NCBI GenBank assembly: GCA_021300195.1
Contig: JAJTIE010000018.1
Coordinates: forward strand, 14,524 to 78,523
Direction: 5' to 3'
Source: Bacteroidota bacterium
GTDB taxonomy: Bacteria; Bacteroidota; Bacteroidia; J057; JAJTIE01
Length of the DNA: 64,000 nucleotides
Shown: piece by piece, positions 63,929-64,000 of the stretch
How the letters are laid out: every line of letters begins with the position of its first letter
Numbering within the stretch: the first letter of the stretch is position 1
Made by a program: the position numbers and the translations under genes
The notes under the pieces: model-generated
Told to the model about the DNA's origin: nothing
Databases searched by the model: none
What the model saw: only the letters and a program-made list of their open reading frames with translations

Positions 63929-64000
63929 GGCGGGCCTGTAGATAGTGTGCTTTGTATAGTGCCTGTAGCCGCGCATGCAGCTGGCGCAGCTGATCGACGG
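63918..64000 (-). CDS. 3' end of an unidentified upstream operon gene (partial)
   Basis: An open frame enters from the window end and reads ...VDQLRQLHARLQALYKAHYLQARHEL*. Its stop overlaps the VWA gene start region. Identity unknown; DUF58 would be the usual BatA partner, but that is a guess. Confidence 0.3.
   Translation of the reverse strand, partial: VDQLRQLHARLQALYKAHYLQARHEL

Noticed and set aside
1-64000. CRISPR arrays, tRNA/rRNA genes, transposases, integrases and prophage genes
   Set aside because: I scanned intergenic gaps and the ORF list and saw no short regularly spaced repeats, no cloverleaf-like or rRNA-like segments, and no DDE, tyrosine or serine recombinase signatures. Absence is by eye only. 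tRNAscan-SE, Infernal and ISfinder-type searches would be needed to confirm it.

Overview
The window is high-GC, about 60-65% on hand-counted housekeeping lines. It looks like a Bacteroidota chromosome: TAnnTTTG -7 promoter boxes often sit almost on the start codon, two proteins carry T9SS C-terminal sorting domains, and GldE-like and bS22-like genes are present. All homology calls come from reading the supplied translations from memory; no database was searched.

Most of the window is densely packed core genes:
- lytS/lytTR two-component system with an ABC-2 exporter
- dnaJ-grpE
- parA-parB
- PBP1A, aroK, carB, nuoF
- pstSCAB-phoU
- recX, ybaB, a POT transporter, yggS, mutY, HU, RNase E/G

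The main finding is a roughly 6.3-kb defence islet between carB and nuoF (about 27.6-33.9 kb). It holds a 1311-aa single-chain Type IIG restriction-modification enzyme with a PD-ExK nuclease, a gamma-type N6-adenine methyltransferase (NPPY) and a C-terminal target recognition domain (TRD). An AT-rich darT-darG cassette follows directly; one hand-counted line is about 37% GC. DarT is a DUF4433 DNA ADP-ribosyltransferase toxin and DarG is a macrodomain antitoxin. The two genes overlap in TGATG.

The cassette is bracketed by two 177-bp direct repeats of about 89% identity. These are two copies of the last roughly 59 codons of the R-M gene. The downstream copy survives as an orphan 67-codon ORF, which points to cassette acquisition or gene-end replacement.

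A second accessory gene lies on the other side of nuoF and encodes a secreted internal-repeat protein. It is bracketed in the same way by direct repeats of about 150 bp and about 90% identity, which duplicate the pstS leader and signal-peptide codons.

One small unannotated gene was found: a 31-codon, highly basic, bS22-like ORF.

No rRNA, tRNA, CRISPR array, transposase or integrase was recognised. Many long ORFs in the track are antisense shadows typical of high-GC DNA.
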